64,000 nucleotides of DNA from an uncultured Rivularia sp. (GTDB lineage Bacteria; Cyanobacteriota; Cyanobacteriia; Cyanobacteriales; Nostocaceae). The position numbers and the translations under genes were made by a program. The notes beneath the pieces were generated by a model. The model ran no database searches and was not told where the DNA came from. It saw only the letters and a list, made by a program, of their open reading frames with translations. Each line of letters opens with the position of its first letter. The first letter of the stretch is position 1. Below are positions 21,804 to 33,008 of the stretch, one piece after another. The stretch is from assembly GCA_963665115.1 (NCBI GenBank), contig OY762007.1, forward strand, positions 2,016,001 through 2,080,000, given 5' to 3'.

Positions 21804-22935
21804 ATAAATCTCCTAAAGTTTTTGTAATCAACTGTAACGAAGCGAGCCAGATATACTCAACCATCTTTAGATAGGAATATATATTTACCCTCAGAGGTAC
21901 ACAACTTTCGTAAACCGTTTCAAGAGTGCATATCTAGCAATTTGATATCAGTTGTTGAACATAACATTGTTGGACGATAAATTTGATTAATCAAACATAG
22001 CATTGACGGACATACCCTGAAATACCTGAAATAGAGTTGGCTTTTCGTCTAGCTTTGATGATCCCTCTAACGTGTTTCCGCATACAATTCACCTTGATTA
22101 TACGCGAAATTCTCGAAAAAGTTTTGCTAATTTAATCACATTATTATCCATAACGCTCTCCCTTAGACTGATACAAGGTTTTCCAATTTTCATTTTAAAT
22201 CTAATTTTTGGAAACTTTTATGTAAATAGTTATAAACACTACAATTAGAGTAGTAGTAACCGAACTTTATGTAACTTAAGGAAAATTTAAGATTGTTTTA
22301 CCTATAAATGTATGGAACTTATCAAATTTGAGGCATTATTTGTCAAAAATTTAACTAAACTTATCGCCTGAAACTATTAATTTACCTTGATAATTGCATG
22401 ATTTTATACAGGTTAAGCTATATCTAAGTTAGTCTGTCCTAAATTTTATAAAATGAGGGTTATTTGCAGTTCGATTAAGATAAATAAGGTCGCAATTTTG
22501 TAATTTTGCGATTTGATAGAAAGTAGACAATAATCAGCTATAATTATCTAAACAGTATAAGCCAATAACAAATTTATATGATTTAATTTTATAAATTTTC
22601 CGATCGTGTTTAAAACACTGGATGCATGACTATCTTATGTCAGATATGCTTATGAATCAAAGCCATCAAATAATGATTTTAATTTAGATAATTAATAGAC
22701 GAAAACCCGCACAAAGCGGGTATTAACACAACAAAACTATGAACTATGTGAACTATTTGTTCATATACAAAACTAAATTTCTGCTCTTATTTTTACAAAG
22801 ACAGTAATTCCAAGCCAAAAATTATTTTTTATTAGCTCGTGCAATATTATTTCTCATATTGCATAGTTAACATAACATAATTTTAGTGATGGATGTTACA
22901 GAAGTATTTTATTAAATAAACTATGAGTAGCTTTC

Positions 22936-23727
22936 ATGTACGATAAATTAACCAAATCGTTGATAACATTACTTAGCGACTTTGGAATTCGCGACGAGTA
23001 TGTCGCCGTGATGAAAGGTGCGATCGCGCAAATTAATCCGATATTGAGAACGATTGATATAACGCATCAGATTCCACCGCAAAATATAGCAGCAGCCAGA
23101 TTTTGTTTAATGAATGCTTATCCATATTTTCCTGCGGGTACCGTACACGTAGCGGTGGTAGATCCAGGAGTGGGAGGAAAGCGTAGAGCAGTTGCTGTGG
23201 AATTAGCGCAGGGCTTTTTAGTTGCTCCAGATAATGGTTTGCTTAGTGGAGTTTTAAGCAAAAATTCTGTGATTTGTGCAGTGGAATTAACCAATCCCGA
23301 ATATTGGCTGACATTTGAGGCTAGTACTACCTTCCACGGTAGAGATATATTTGCACCCGTCGGAGCGCATCTAGCTAATGGGGTATCTTTACAAAAATTA
23401 GGGCGAGAGATAAATCCTGAAAGTCTAATAAAGTTAGATTTACCAGAATGCTGTCAGAAAGATGATAGTGTTATAGGCTGCATTCAATATATAGACCATT
23501 TCGGAAATTTGGTTACTAACATTCCTCAAAGTTATGTAGAAGGTACTAATTGGACTGTAGAGATAAGAGGAAGGAAAATAAAAGCGCGGAAAACTTATTC
23601 AGAAGTAAAAGTTGGAGAATTAATTGCGCTTGTTGGTAGTCACGGGTGGGTAGAAATTGCCGTGAATAGCGGTAATGCAAGCTTGAAATTGGATGTAGAT
23701 AATGGCTCACAAGTGCGAATTAGTTGA
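22936..23727 (+). CDS. SAM hydroxide adenosyltransferase (chlorinase/fluorinase family)
   Basis: LLSDFG, VVDPGVG, TFHGRDIFAP, IDHFGNLVTN. Confidence 0.92.
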   Translation: MYDKLTKSLITLLSDFGIRDEYVAVMKGAIAQINPILRTIDITHQIPPQNIAAARFCLMNAYPYFPAGTVHVAVVDPGVGGKRRAVAVELAQGFLVAPDNGLLSGVLSKNSVICAVELTNPEYWLTFEASTTFHGRDIFAPVGAHLANGVSLQKLGREINPESLIKLDLPECCQKDDSVIGCIQYIDHFGNLVTNIPQSYVEGTNWTVEIRGRKIKARKTYSEVKVGELIALVGSHGWVEIAVNSGNASLKLDVDNGSQVRIS

Positions 23728-24105
23728 TAACTAAATGTAATTTTTTTTAAAATTCTCGTTTGAATATAGTTTTTTTCTATTCACATCTTGCACCAGTCTT
23801 AACAAGCCGAAAGAAACCGAATTTTTGAGACTGTTACAAAAGCTCAATTTATATCTACATACATATTTTAATATATATCTTAAGGTAGATAGAAAATACT
23901 CTCGATCTAATTTTTACCTAAATTTATATCTTAAAAACCAATTTTAACGCTAATTTTTGGAGGTGAGATACTAAGTTAAATACTTTGGTTAAGATTTTCT
24001 ATCCTAATGGAAGATTTAAACATCTACTTTTTTTGATATTAATAATAGATAGCTAAACAGTTAATTACAATCAATTTTTAACTAGATCTATCTTTAATAA
24101 AATCT

Positions 24106-24999
24106 ATGAAAATTACTAATATTTTAAAATACTCAGCTTTGGGAATATTCGGAATATTAAGTGTATTGATTATTTGGGGATTAATTGAACCAAAATTTTT
24201 TGACGTAGAAGAACAAACTGCCATTATTCCCGATCTTCCACCCGCTTGGGAAGGAAAACGCATCGGTCAAATAACTGATTTCCAGGTAGGTATGTGGTGG
24301 GATAATACTGGCACTATGAGTGACGCAGTTAAAAAACTTGTAGAAGAACGACCAGCAGCAGTATTAATTACCGGCGATTTTGTTTATCATTCCTTGCCGA
24401 ATGCATCAGAAGAGCTTAGTAAAGTTACCAGCGCAATTCAACCATTAATAACAGCGAATATTCCGACTTATGCGGTATTAGGAAATCATGACTACAGTCA
24501 TAAACCACCAAAACCAGAACTTGGAAAACAGGTTCAAACTGCTTTAGAAAAAGTAGGTGTAAAAGTATTAAAAAATCAAGCAGTTGAAATTAATTCTCCC
24601 ATTGTTCAAGGAGGTAATCAACCGCTTTATTTAGTAGGAGTTGGTGCTTATATTGCCAACAATTCCGACGTTGACAAAGCTTTATCAGAAGTTCCTGATA
24701 ATAGCCCTCGCGTAGTTATGATGCATAATCCAGCATCCTTTGCAGCATTTCCACCTCAAACTGCACCTTTGGCTGTAGCAGGACATACTCATGGAGGTCA
24801 AATTCGGCTACCATTTACACCACAATGGTCTTGGATATCCTTAGTTAAAGGTGAAGAAGTGTATGGTGATGGCTGGATCAAAAATTATGGTAAAGAAGGT
24901 AATCGTCTTTACGTAAATCGCGGCATCGGATTCAGCGATATTCCGATTAGAATTAACTGTCCTCCGGAAGTAACTTTATTTACTTTACGTTCTAAATAA
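24106..24999 (+). CDS. Metallophosphoesterase
   Basis: TGDF, LGNHD, MHNP, AGHTHGGQ, VNRGIG. Confidence 0.92.
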   Translation: MKITNILKYSALGIFGILSVLIIWGLIEPKFFDVEEQTAIIPDLPPAWEGKRIGQITDFQVGMWWDNTGTMSDAVKKLVEERPAAVLITGDFVYHSLPNASEELSKVTSAIQPLITANIPTYAVLGNHDYSHKPPKPELGKQVQTALEKVGVKVLKNQAVEINSPIVQGGNQPLYLVGVGAYIANNSDVDKALSEVPDNSPRVVMMHNPASFAAFPPQTAPLAVAGHTHGGQIRLPFTPQWSWISLVKGEEVYGDGWIKNYGKEGNRLYVNRGIGFSDIPIRINCPPEVTLFTLRSK

Positions 25000-25009
25000 T
25001 TTGCACAGA

Positions 25010-25144
25010 GTACCGCGTGTTGTAGCGGGATAGTTAATTTATTTTGTGACAAAATATATCTGTTTCGCTTCTAACGCACTATTTATTCTACTATTAATAA
25101 TTAAAATCTGCCGGTGCGTTGCGCTATGCGACAACACACCATAC
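25010..25144. repeat. Degenerate inverted pair of GTAG-type REP-like elements
   Basis: CGTGTTG...TAACGCAC and GGTGCGTTG...CAACACACCATAC resemble the 30214-30469 family. Confidence 0.5.
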
Positions 25145-25155
25145 AATTATTATTT

Positions 25156-25824
25156 ATGAATTTTAAAAAACAAGGTTTTGAAATCAAACCTAATTTTATT
25201 TCTATCAATAAATGTAAGTATCTAATTTCAGAAATAGAAGAAAACATAAATTCAGTCAGCAACTATGGTATTCGCAATATCGATAAAAAGGTAAATGCTA
25301 TTGCTTCGGTGGCAAATTCAAAATCCTTCTTGAATTCTGCAAGTTCTTATTTGAATGGAGACGCTTTTCTGGTACGTGCAGTTTATTTTAATAAGACATT
25401 AAATACCAATTGGAGCATTACATGGCATCAGGATAAAACTATTGCGGTAAATAAACAAATAGATTTATCAGGATACAAAGCTTGGACTCTCAAAGACAAA
25501 ATTAATTGCGTTCAGCCACCGCTTACAGTTTTAGAAGATATGGTAACATTTCGCATTCACTTAGACGCAGCAGATCGAGCAAATGGATGTTTGAAAGTAA
25601 TACCCGGTACCCATCGCTTCGGAATTTTGAGCCAACCTGAAATAAATCGAATTAAAAATATTTATCCAATGGTATCTTGTGAAGTTGATGCAGGAGATGC
25701 AATTGTGATGCGCCCTCATATACTGCATTCTTCAGAAAAATCATTAATTTCTAGTAATCGTAGAGTCATACATTTGGAATACTCTTCGTTCAATTTGCCA
25801 CATGGGCTTACTTGGGCAGATTGA
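25156..25824 (+). CDS. PhyH-family 2OG/Fe(II) dioxygenase
   Basis: WHQD, RIHLD..NGCLKVIPGTH, ILHSS, RRVIHLEY; GTG at 25114 lies in a repeat so ATG 25156 preferred. Confidence 0.88.
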   Translation: MNFKKQGFEIKPNFISINKCKYLISEIEENINSVSNYGIRNIDKKVNAIASVANSKSFLNSASSYLNGDAFLVRAVYFNKTLNTNWSITWHQDKTIAVNKQIDLSGYKAWTLKDKINCVQPPLTVLEDMVTFRIHLDAADRANGCLKVIPGTHRFGILSQPEINRIKNIYPMVSCEVDAGDAIVMRPHILHSSEKSLISSNRRVIHLEYSSFNLPHGLTWAD

Positions 25825-25886
25825 CGTAGGGCTTCCCCGGATTCGAGCTAACATAACTAAAGATGATAGGAGATAAATTTATAGAT

Positions 25887-26531
25887 ATGACAGTAGCTCA
25901 AACTTCTGCCCGCCAACTTTTACGAGAAGCTTACGACAATCGTTACACTTGGGACAAGAATTTCCCCGGTTACACCGCAGATGTAACTTATAAATATGAT
26001 GGTAAAGAATTTAAGGGAAAAGTCCGCGTTACCTCCGATTTGAAAGCCGAAGTTTCTGATATAGAAGACGCACAAGCTAAAGAAGCAATTAACAATCAGT
26101 TGTGGGAAATAGCCATTCATCGCATTAGACGCGAATTTGAAGATTCTCATAAAGATAATACTTTTAGCTGCGGAGATACCGACGAATCCGGTGCCGTAGA
26201 AGTTTTAGTCGGTGGTAAGGCTTCCGGAGACAAATACAAAATTCGCGATCGCGAAGTAGTACTAGTTCACCGTCACATTCACGCTATAGTAGTGACCATC
26301 AATACTTTCAGCACTCACGATACTGGCGCAGGCTACCTTGCTCACCGCTATGATTCGGTATATCACGATCCGAAAACAGGCGAACAAAAAGGTGGAAAAA
26401 GCGAATTTGAAGATAAATACGAAAAAGTTGGCGATTATTCCATTCTTAACGAACGGATAATTACCACCGAAGTCGAAGGAAAGCCCATGACTATGCAGTT
26501 TATCTTCTCCAATATTCAGATGTTGGGATAA
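25887..26531 (+). CDS. Conserved cyanobacterial protein (DUF3386-like)
   Basis: AYDNRYTWDKNFPGY, EIAIHR. Confidence 0.75.
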   Translation: MTVAQTSARQLLREAYDNRYTWDKNFPGYTADVTYKYDGKEFKGKVRVTSDLKAEVSDIEDAQAKEAINNQLWEIAIHRIRREFEDSHKDNTFSCGDTDESGAVEVLVGGKASGDKYKIRDREVVLVHRHIHAIVVTINTFSTHDTGAGYLAHRYDSVYHDPKTGEQKGGKSEFEDKYEKVGDYSILNERIITTEVEGKPMTMQFIFSNIQMLG

Positions 26532-26581
26532 TTTGGCAAGGGAGATGGGGAGATAGCGAGACAAGGAGAAGTTTAAATAAT

Positions 26582-26628
26582 TAATTCCTAATTCCTAACT
26601 CCTAATCCCCAACTCCTAACTCCTAACT
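26582..26628. repeat. Heptamer STRR array (TAAYTCC)n
   Basis: About six imperfect tandem copies. Confidence 0.85.
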
Positions 26629-27000
26629 ATTCTCTCGTAGTTTCTGAACATTATCTTCCCAGTTTTTACCATCAAAAGGTACAATTTCAAATTGCGATAT
26701 CACATCGCCATCAAGGCAGCGTAGATTTACGTCAACACAGTCGGGATGACTGCGAGGAATATAAAAAGAATGAATTCCGCAGTTTTTACAAAATTTATGC
26801 TTGGCTACACCAGTATTGAAAGTGTAAGTTGTTAAACTATCTTTACCCTTCATCAAAGTAAAGTTGTCTTGCGGCACTATCAAATGCAAAAAACCTTTTT
26901 TAGCGCAAATTGAACAGTTGCAGTCATCACCTTTGAGATTATCAACTACAACCCGAAAACGTACCGCACCACAATGACATCCACCTTCGTAAGTATTCAT
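26623..27000 (-). CDS. GFA/CENP-V family protein
   Basis: GGCHCGAVRF, CNCSIC, FCKNCG, VNLRC. Confidence 0.92.
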   Translation of the reverse strand: MNTYEGGCHCGAVRFRVVVDNLKGDDCNCSICAKKGFLHLIVPQDNFTLMKGKDSLTTYTFNTGVAKHKFCKNCGIHSFYIPRSHPDCVDVNLRCLDGDVISQFEIVPFDGKNWEDNVQKLRENS

Positions 27001-27002
27001 AA

Positions 27003-27232
27003 CAGTTATCAGTTAGGAGTAGGGAGTAGCAAGTAGAGAGTAGAGAGTAGAGAGTAAATCACTTTTTATTATTATTGTCATAAATGTAGCTGCTAATTAC
27101 GTATATTTTTACTTACTACTTACTACTTACTACTTACTATTCACTACTCACTACTCACTACTCATTACTCACTACTCACTACTCACTACTCACTACTCAC
27201 TACTCACTACTCACTACTCACTACTTACTACT
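27003..27232. repeat. Opposed heptamer arrays (GAGTAGA)n and (CTYACTA)n
   Basis: 27003-27056 purine-rich array; 27107-27232 long complementary-type array. Confidence 0.9.
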
Positions 27233-27290
27233 TTAATAATCTCCCCTTGCCCCCGCATTTTCCCATGCCCAATCCCCAGTTACCTATTAT

Positions 27291-27527
27291 TTACAAAAAT
27301 TCCTGTAAAAAGTCTAATGCTTCTTCTTCCCAAATAGGTTCGGGTGCTAACCAACTCAATTTTGTCTTAATATCCTCTTCTATTTCGTCGCTATCTTTTC
27401 TATCAAATAATTCCACCAAGATTTTCCAGTCACGCTCGTTAAATTCCTCTACGGGTGAAGCGTGTACTTCAGTTGTTTTTGGTACCTTACCGATTTTGAT
27501 TGACTTAGGCGAAATATCGCTTTTCAC
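27291..27527 (-). CDS. Small acidic hypothetical protein
   Basis: 78 aa ORF with WLAPEPIWEE; same strand as lipB. Confidence 0.55.
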   Translation of the reverse strand: MKSDISPKSIKIGKVPKTTEVHASPVEEFNERDWKILVELFDRKDSDEIEEDIKTKLSWLAPEPIWEEEALDFLQEFL

Positions 27528-27769
27528 AGATTAAATATAAATACGTTTTAATTTGAATTGCATTAATTAAAAAATAATTTTGAGAATGAAGGCTATATTT
27601 CCAGTAAGTATGGAGAAAAACCCGCATTCCTCGCTACGAACAAGAAACTTTACTTTTATTTATCGTATGTTAATGAATATTAATAATTATTTACTTTCTT
27701 ATTTCATAAAAAACTACCTGTAAAGTATTTTAAGTGAATGTTCATCCTATCCTACTCAAGCCCTTACCC

Positions 27770-28447
27770 TCAACGTTGATGAACATTGTCTAAGGATTGC
27801 TCAATTAATTCCAAATGAAAGACTTCGGCAAAGCAGCGTGCAGTATGAAGCCGTACCTCCGCACAAGTAATACCGGGAATCCATTCGGTTAAACTTGCTA
27901 CTGCTTTATCTGATATACCGCAAGGCACAATACGCTCAAATCCTTTCATGTCGGGACAAACGTTTAAAGAAAATCCGTGCATGGTAATCCAGCGAGTCAC
28001 TTTTATACCAATCGCCGCAACTTTTCGCCCTTCCAACCAAACACCAGTGAGTGATGGTATTCGTTCTCCTTGCAATTTGTAAACTGCTAATACGCGAATT
28101 AATACTTCTTCTAATTGACGTAGGTACCAGTGCAAGTCTTGACGATGGCGCTGTAAATTCAAAATTGGATACCCCACTAATTGTCCGGGGCAATGGTAAG
28201 TCACCTCTCCACCTCGTTCAATTCGATGCACTTCATAAGTATTTTCATCAATATCAAATTTGAGAAATTCGCTGTTTGCTGCTTTTCCTAAAGTGTATAC
28301 AGGAGGATGCTCAAGCAGTATCAGCACGTCATCTAAACTGGGGTCTTTTACGCGCTGACTTTGAAGTTCTTTTTGCCACTTCCACGCATCTAAGTACTTT
28401 ATTACTGCTTGGTTATATAGCAAACATCGGTTTAAAGTGTCAGACAT
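27770..28447 (-). CDS. lipB: Lipoyl(octanoyl) transferase
   Basis: [47 protein letters not shown]. Confidence 0.96.
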   Translation of the reverse strand: MSDTLNRCLLYNQAVIKYLDAWKWQKELQSQRVKDPSLDDVLILLEHPPVYTLGKAANSEFLKFDIDENTYEVHRIERGGEVTYHCPGQLVGYPILNLQRHRQDLHWYLRQLEEVLIRVLAVYKLQGERIPSLTGVWLEGRKVAAIGIKVTRWITMHGFSLNVCPDMKGFERIVPCGISDKAVASLTEWIPGITCAEVRLHTARCFAEVFHLELIEQSLDNVHQR

Positions 28448-28942
28448 ACTATGAAAACTGATAAAAGGCAAGATATACGAGGTACCTAATGTGTTTCAAG
28501 TTACCCAGATTAAGTCAATAAATGTCAAGCAATGCAAAGGATTTTAAAGGAAAGTCACATAAACCTGTTTTGTAAAAAATGAAGTGTTAATTTGAATATA
28601 TAGCTCAATGTTGGAGGAGTTCTCTACAAGCCATTACGCTCAAGAAAAGTCTATATGTAGGCAGCGTATGGTTTCTACTAGGTTTTGAGGGAAAGCATTT
28701 CTAAGAAGATTTGTTTTTGTTTGTTAGCAATCCCCGGTTATAACGGATATAACCGACTTAAGTAGAAAAAACGGAATCATTAAACCGGAGTTTAACTTAA
28801 ATACGAGAAAATCTTGCATTAAGCAAGAATCGTTTATTGACTAAAGCGTTTCGGAGCTTAACAAAAACGGTAGTTACCTGTAACTAACCGTAATTCGTTC
28901 ATTTGTTTATACCAAATAAAATATTTCAGCGGGAGAGTTTTC

Positions 28943-29602
28943 ATGAAGCTTGTTATCCACGGCAAAAATATTGAAATCACGGATGCGATTCGGGAATACG
29001 TGCATCAAAAAATCGAAAAAGCTGCGAGTCATTTTCAGCATATTACTAACGAGGTTGATGTACATTTAAGCGTAGCTAAAAATCCCCGAATTAATCCCAA
29101 CCAGACAGCGGAGGTGACTATTTACGCTAATGGTAACGTTATCCGTGCCGAGGAAAGCAGTGAAAATTTATATGCCAGTATTGATTTAGTTGCGAATAAA
29201 ATTTCCCGTCAACTGCGAAAATATAAGGAGCGACGACGAGATCAGAAAATTCATGCCCATACCAATAATAATATCGAAGAACTAATTCCAGAAGAAGTAA
29301 TCACAGATTTAATTGGCGATCGCACTCCAGAATTACCTGAAGAAGTAGTCCGTACCAAATATTTTGCCATGCCGCCGATGACTGTTTCACAAGCTTTGGA
29401 GCAGTTGCAATTGGTGGGACACGATTTTTATATGTTCCATAATAGCGAAACAGACGAGATAAATGTGATTTACGAACGCAACCACGGTGGTTATGGTGTA
29501 ATTCAAGCTCGTAATAACGGTCATTCTAACGGTAATGGAAATGGCAATGGTAAAGCTCACGGCAGTTTTACTATGCCTTCCAAAGTCAACTCCACTTATT
29601 AA
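28943..29602 (+). CDS. hpf: Ribosome hibernation promoting factor (long HPF/LrtA)
   Basis: [29 protein letters not shown]-terminal VVRTKYF..LVGHDFY. Confidence 0.95.
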   Translation: MKLVIHGKNIEITDAIREYVHQKIEKAASHFQHITNEVDVHLSVAKNPRINPNQTAEVTIYANGNVIRAEESSENLYASIDLVANKISRQLRKYKERRRDQKIHAHTNNNIEELIPEEVITDLIGDRTPELPEEVVRTKYFAMPPMTVSQALEQLQLVGHDFYMFHNSETDEINVIYERNHGGYGVIQARNNGHSNGNGNGNGKAHGSFTMPSKVNSTY

Positions 29603-29718
29603 GTCGCCAGAAGTAAGTTAAATAATTAATTGGAGGGAAAAATCAAAACACTAATCCCAAAATAAACGCTTAACAATCAAATATCACAGCACTTGCATTT
29701 TCTCCCGCGAGTGCTTTG

Positions 29719-29762
29719 GCGGTACAGGTAATATATTTTAAAATACCTGTACCGCTATTTGT
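29719..29762 (+). terminator. Terminator-like hairpin after hpf
   Basis: GCGGTACAGGTA...TACCTGTACCGC 12-bp stem then T-rich tract. Confidence 0.65.
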
Positions 29763-29784
29763 TTGTTTAGTTAGGAGTTATTTA

Positions 29785-29828
29785 ATTTTGGATTTTAGAT
29801 TTTAGATTTTAGATTTTAGATTTTAGAT
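29785..29828. repeat. STRR (ATTTTAG)n
   Basis: Six tandem heptamers. Confidence 0.9.
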
Positions 29829-29986
29829 TAAAGAGTTAGCAATTATGAGTTATGAAATATGGTTTGCGATTGTTTAAGAATAATTCTGAATAATTAAATT
29901 ATTAAATCGTATTTCTAACTCAATTTCACCTATAAACAGGTTTATAGTTGAGGAGAAACACAAGATATTCTTAAAGTTATTAAAAA

Positions 29987-30217
29987 ATGTCCCTAGAACC
30001 TTGTAAAGTTTGTGGTGTACTCAACAGTAGTGAAGAAGAAATTTGTCTTAGCTGCGGTTTTCCCACAAAAGGAAGAAAACGACCTGTAATATTTCAAGTA
30101 GCAGCAGTTGTTCTGGTTTTAGTTTTTCTCATACCTTTAATTGCCACTTTAATTAACTTAATTAAACCGCAGCAAAAGCAACTACCAACTAATACAAAAA
30201 CATCTTTCAAATTGTAG
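29987..30217 (+). CDS. Small zinc-ribbon membrane protein
   Basis: CKVC...CLSC followed by one TM helix. Confidence 0.75.
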   Translation: MSLEPCKVCGVLNSSEEEICLSCGFPTKGRKRPVIFQVAAVVLVLVFLIPLIATLINLIKPQQKQLPTNTKTSFKL

Positions 30218-30469
30218 GGTGTGTTAGAGGCACGATAATATTTCGCTTTAACTAATAACCTTGATACGTCTAACGCACCATCCGAGTATCGCTACAAACC
30301 AAAATACAGGGAGACGTAGCACTGCTACGTCTCTACATTCATGATTTGTTCGATCGTTAATCTAAAAATATCTTTGAATTTACATCACAAAATTCAAATG
30401 GTGCGTTAAGCGCGAATATATATTTTTTGTCATTATCGCAATTAGCGATCGCCCCATAACACACCCTAC
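30214..30469. repeat. REPIN-like composite of GTAG-family REPs
   Basis: GTAGGGTGTGTTA...TAACGCACC (30214-30279), inverted copy 30400-30469, central palindrome GAGACGTAGCA-C-TGCTACGTCTC (30311-30333). Confidence 0.8.
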
Positions 30470-30474
30470 ATTTA

Positions 30475-31518
30475 TCAGACGTTAGAAACTTCTATTTTTA
30501 TTTCTTCCTGTTCACGAGCATTCAAAGCATCAAGAGTATCCCAAATTTGCTGCAACATTGGCTGTAAACCTTCACCAGTCACGGCAGAAATTATGAAAAT
30601 TGGCGCATAGGAAAGATGATTTAACTGTGTTGCTAATGCTTCTAAATCCACGCTTTCTTTGTCAACAGCATCGATTTTATTTAAGGCGATAATTTGGGTT
30701 TTGTCTCGCAATTCTCGCCCATATGTTTGTAATTCTTGGACAATGGTGTTGTATTCGCCAACTACATCTTCGCTAGTTGCATCAATTACGTGCAGCAATA
30801 CACGGGTACGTTCGATGTGACGCAAAAAATCATGTCCCAATCCCGCACCTTGAGAAGCACCTTCAATTAATCCGGGAATGTCCGCAAAAACCGTACCGTC
30901 ACCAGTTGGTTTTCTAACTACCCCTAGATTCGGTATTAAAGTTGTAAAAGGATAATCGGCAATTTTGGGACGTGCTGCCGATAAAGCCGAAATTAAAGTA
31001 GATTTACCAGCATTTGGTAATCCAATAATTCCTACTTCTGCTAACAGTTTTAACTCCAAACGTAATTCTTTAATTTCTCCATCTAATCCCGGTAAAGCGT
31101 GTTCCGGGGCGCGGTTGCGGTTGCTCAAAAAATACTTGTTTCCCAGTCCACCTTTACCGCCTTCGGCAACTAATAAAGTTTGTTCGGGTTTCGTTAAATC
31201 GCCAATTAAATCACCAGTTTCCCCATTGTAAACAGCAGTACCGCAAGGAACTTCAATTAATAAATCCTCTCCAGATCCACCTGTCATATTTTTCGGACCA
31301 CCGCGAGAGCCGTTTTTTGCCACAAAGCGACGCTTGTATCTGAAGTCCAGTAGGGTTTGCAGGTTGTCAGAAGCAACCAGAAGCACCGAGCCACCGCGTC
31401 CTCCATTCCCTCCCGAAGGACCGCCAGCGGGTACATACTTTTCTCTACGAAAAGCGACAATACCATCACCACCTTTACCTGCTTCTACTTCAATTTTTGC
31501 TTGATCGATAAATTGCAT
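30475..31518 (-). CDS. obgE: GTPase ObgE/CgtA
   Basis: [37 protein letters not shown]. Confidence 0.97.
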   Translation of the reverse strand: MQFIDQAKIEVEAGKGGDGIVAFRREKYVPAGGPSGGNGGRGGSVLLVASDNLQTLLDFRYKRRFVAKNGSRGGPKNMTGGSGEDLLIEVPCGTAVYNGETGDLIGDLTKPEQTLLVAEGGKGGLGNKYFLSNRNRAPEHALPGLDGEIKELRLELKLLAEVGIIGLPNAGKSTLISALSAARPKIADYPFTTLIPNLGVVRKPTGDGTVFADIPGLIEGASQGAGLGHDFLRHIERTRVLLHVIDATSEDVVGEYNTIVQELQTYGRELRDKTQIIALNKIDAVDKESVDLEALATQLNHLSYAPIFIISAVTGEGLQPMLQQIWDTLDALNAREQEEIKIEVSNV

Positions 31519-31553
31519 TTAGTTTTTAGTTATTAGTTTTTAGTTATTAGTTG

Positions 31554-31922
31554 TTAGTCGTTAGAGTCAGGGATTGAGTTAAGGTATGAGTTTAATTGAG
31601 GTGCTAGATTATCAATGATTGATTTTAGCGATTCTGTCTGTTCCGCTGTTAAGAGTTTACGATAATAGGCACGTCTTAGCCAATGTTGGGTTTCGTACAA
31701 GGAACCTCTAGCAATCCGAATAAATCGTTTATTCTCTTTATTAGTTCCTCTACCTATACCTTCGGCAATATTTGCACCTACACTGTCTGCGGAACGAATC
31801 ATCTGCTTACCAACAGTATCTATCGGCAATGATTCCCATCCATTAACAATTTCCCAGATATTATCGGCTAATCGCTCAGATAATTGATACACCCGTAAAT
31901 CTTGAAACCTCTTACCTGCCAT
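31554..31922 (-). CDS. Four-helix-bundle protein (23S rRNA IVP/Avd-like)
   Basis: FQDLRVYQ, QMIRSADSVGANIAEG, FIRIARGSLYET. Confidence 0.9.
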   Translation of the reverse strand: MAGKRFQDLRVYQLSERLADNIWEIVNGWESLPIDTVGKQMIRSADSVGANIAEGIGRGTNKENKRFIRIARGSLYETQHWLRRAYYRKLLTAEQTESLKSIIDNLAPQLNSYLNSIPDSND

Positions 31923-31970
31923 TTGTCTCCATAACTAACCACCAACAACTAACAACTAACAACTAATTAA

Positions 31971-32660
31971 CTAAATATATTCCGAAATATCCTCTTTACA
32001 ATCATCTGCTAAATAGGACAAAGCGCGGAAACGTAAACCCACGAGTTGTTCGTAAAGCGGATTTATTTTGCACAAGGGGGGAATATGTACAATTTTGCGC
32101 CCGAACAGCTTGACATCCCGCTCAAAAGGACATTGATTCGGAATCATTTTGCACAGGAAGCGGGCGACTTTGGGATCTTGGACATCCAAACCATCAAGCC
32201 AATCTCGCAGAGGATTCAAGGCTTCGATTGGCGGCTTAGTTGGACGTATCAGAGACGATGCAACACCGGAAGTGGCTTCTACTGGTTGAGGATTTTCTAA
32301 AGTGTGGCGCAGAGATTCCAGCAGGTTTTTTGGCTCTCCCAGAGCTTCACACAGCTTCTGCAATAGCTCGTCTTCGCTGGGAGAATAGATTCCATCGGCA
32401 ATGGCTACCATTACCGCTGTTCGCAAGAAGTTCTCTGCTACTGGGGTATTTTTACCAAAAATAGCAGCTAATTCTTCTGGCGTTATCGTTTCAAATGATT
32501 CTACATTCATCCCAGGACTTAGTTCATCTTGGGTAATTGAAGTTATCAATTGCTTTTCTTGCTCGTCAAAGTTTCCGTCAGCCCAAGCAATAGTCAGCAG
32601 CCCACGCAGCCAAGCGGATATTTGCTCGCTACTGTAGGGAGATTGAACAGCACTGGTCAT
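31971..32660 (-). CDS. TerB-like plus 'Mo-dependent nitrogenase C-terminal' domain protein
   Basis: AWADG, AIADG; IPNQCPFERD..HIPPLCKINPLYEQLVGLRFRAL. Confidence 0.85.
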   Translation of the reverse strand: MTSAVQSPYSSEQISAWLRGLLTIAWADGNFDEQEKQLITSITQDELSPGMNVESFETITPEELAAIFGKNTPVAENFLRTAVMVAIADGIYSPSEDELLQKLCEALGEPKNLLESLRHTLENPQPVEATSGVASSLIRPTKPPIEALNPLRDWLDGLDVQDPKVARFLCKMIPNQCPFERDVKLFGRKIVHIPPLCKINPLYEQLVGLRFRALSYLADDCKEDISEYI

Positions 32661-33008
32661 AACTCACTTCTCTAACTTTCCTGCTTTACATACTAGCTTG
32701 CTATCCTCAAAAGTTTTTTCAAACTTATTGCTAATGTATATGAAAAAGATTTCTATTGAATATATACATAATTGCGATCGGATTTAATTTAGGAAATTTT
32801 AAAATTGGCAAAATTTGCTTTGTAATCCTTACTCAGGATAGTTTTCAAGCATTATTCTTATTCGCTCAAAATATACTTACCCATCTTAACTTAATACATA
32901 ATTCCTATTGATGTAAATTAAATTCAATGATATTATTGATAATTATTTTTATTTATTTTTTTATATATTTGAAAGCAAAATTTCATTTATACCGTGAAAA
33001 GGTGCATT

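Noticed and set aside
22936..23727. Halogenase of a natural-product cluster
   Set aside because: No biosynthetic context; a widespread SAM hydrolase-type member is more likely
27247..27534. This and other short overlapping ORFs (e.g. 552-740, 3066-3251, 50612-51070, 51662-51928, 55550-55783, 62894-63175)
   Set aside because: They are antisense or off-frame shadows of supported genes, or run through repeats
31554..31922. Diversity-generating retroelement (Avd-like gene)
   Set aside because: No reverse transcriptase or TR/VR pair seen in the window
31971..32660. Nitrogenase component
   Set aside because: The domain name is historical; no Nif motifs or nif context
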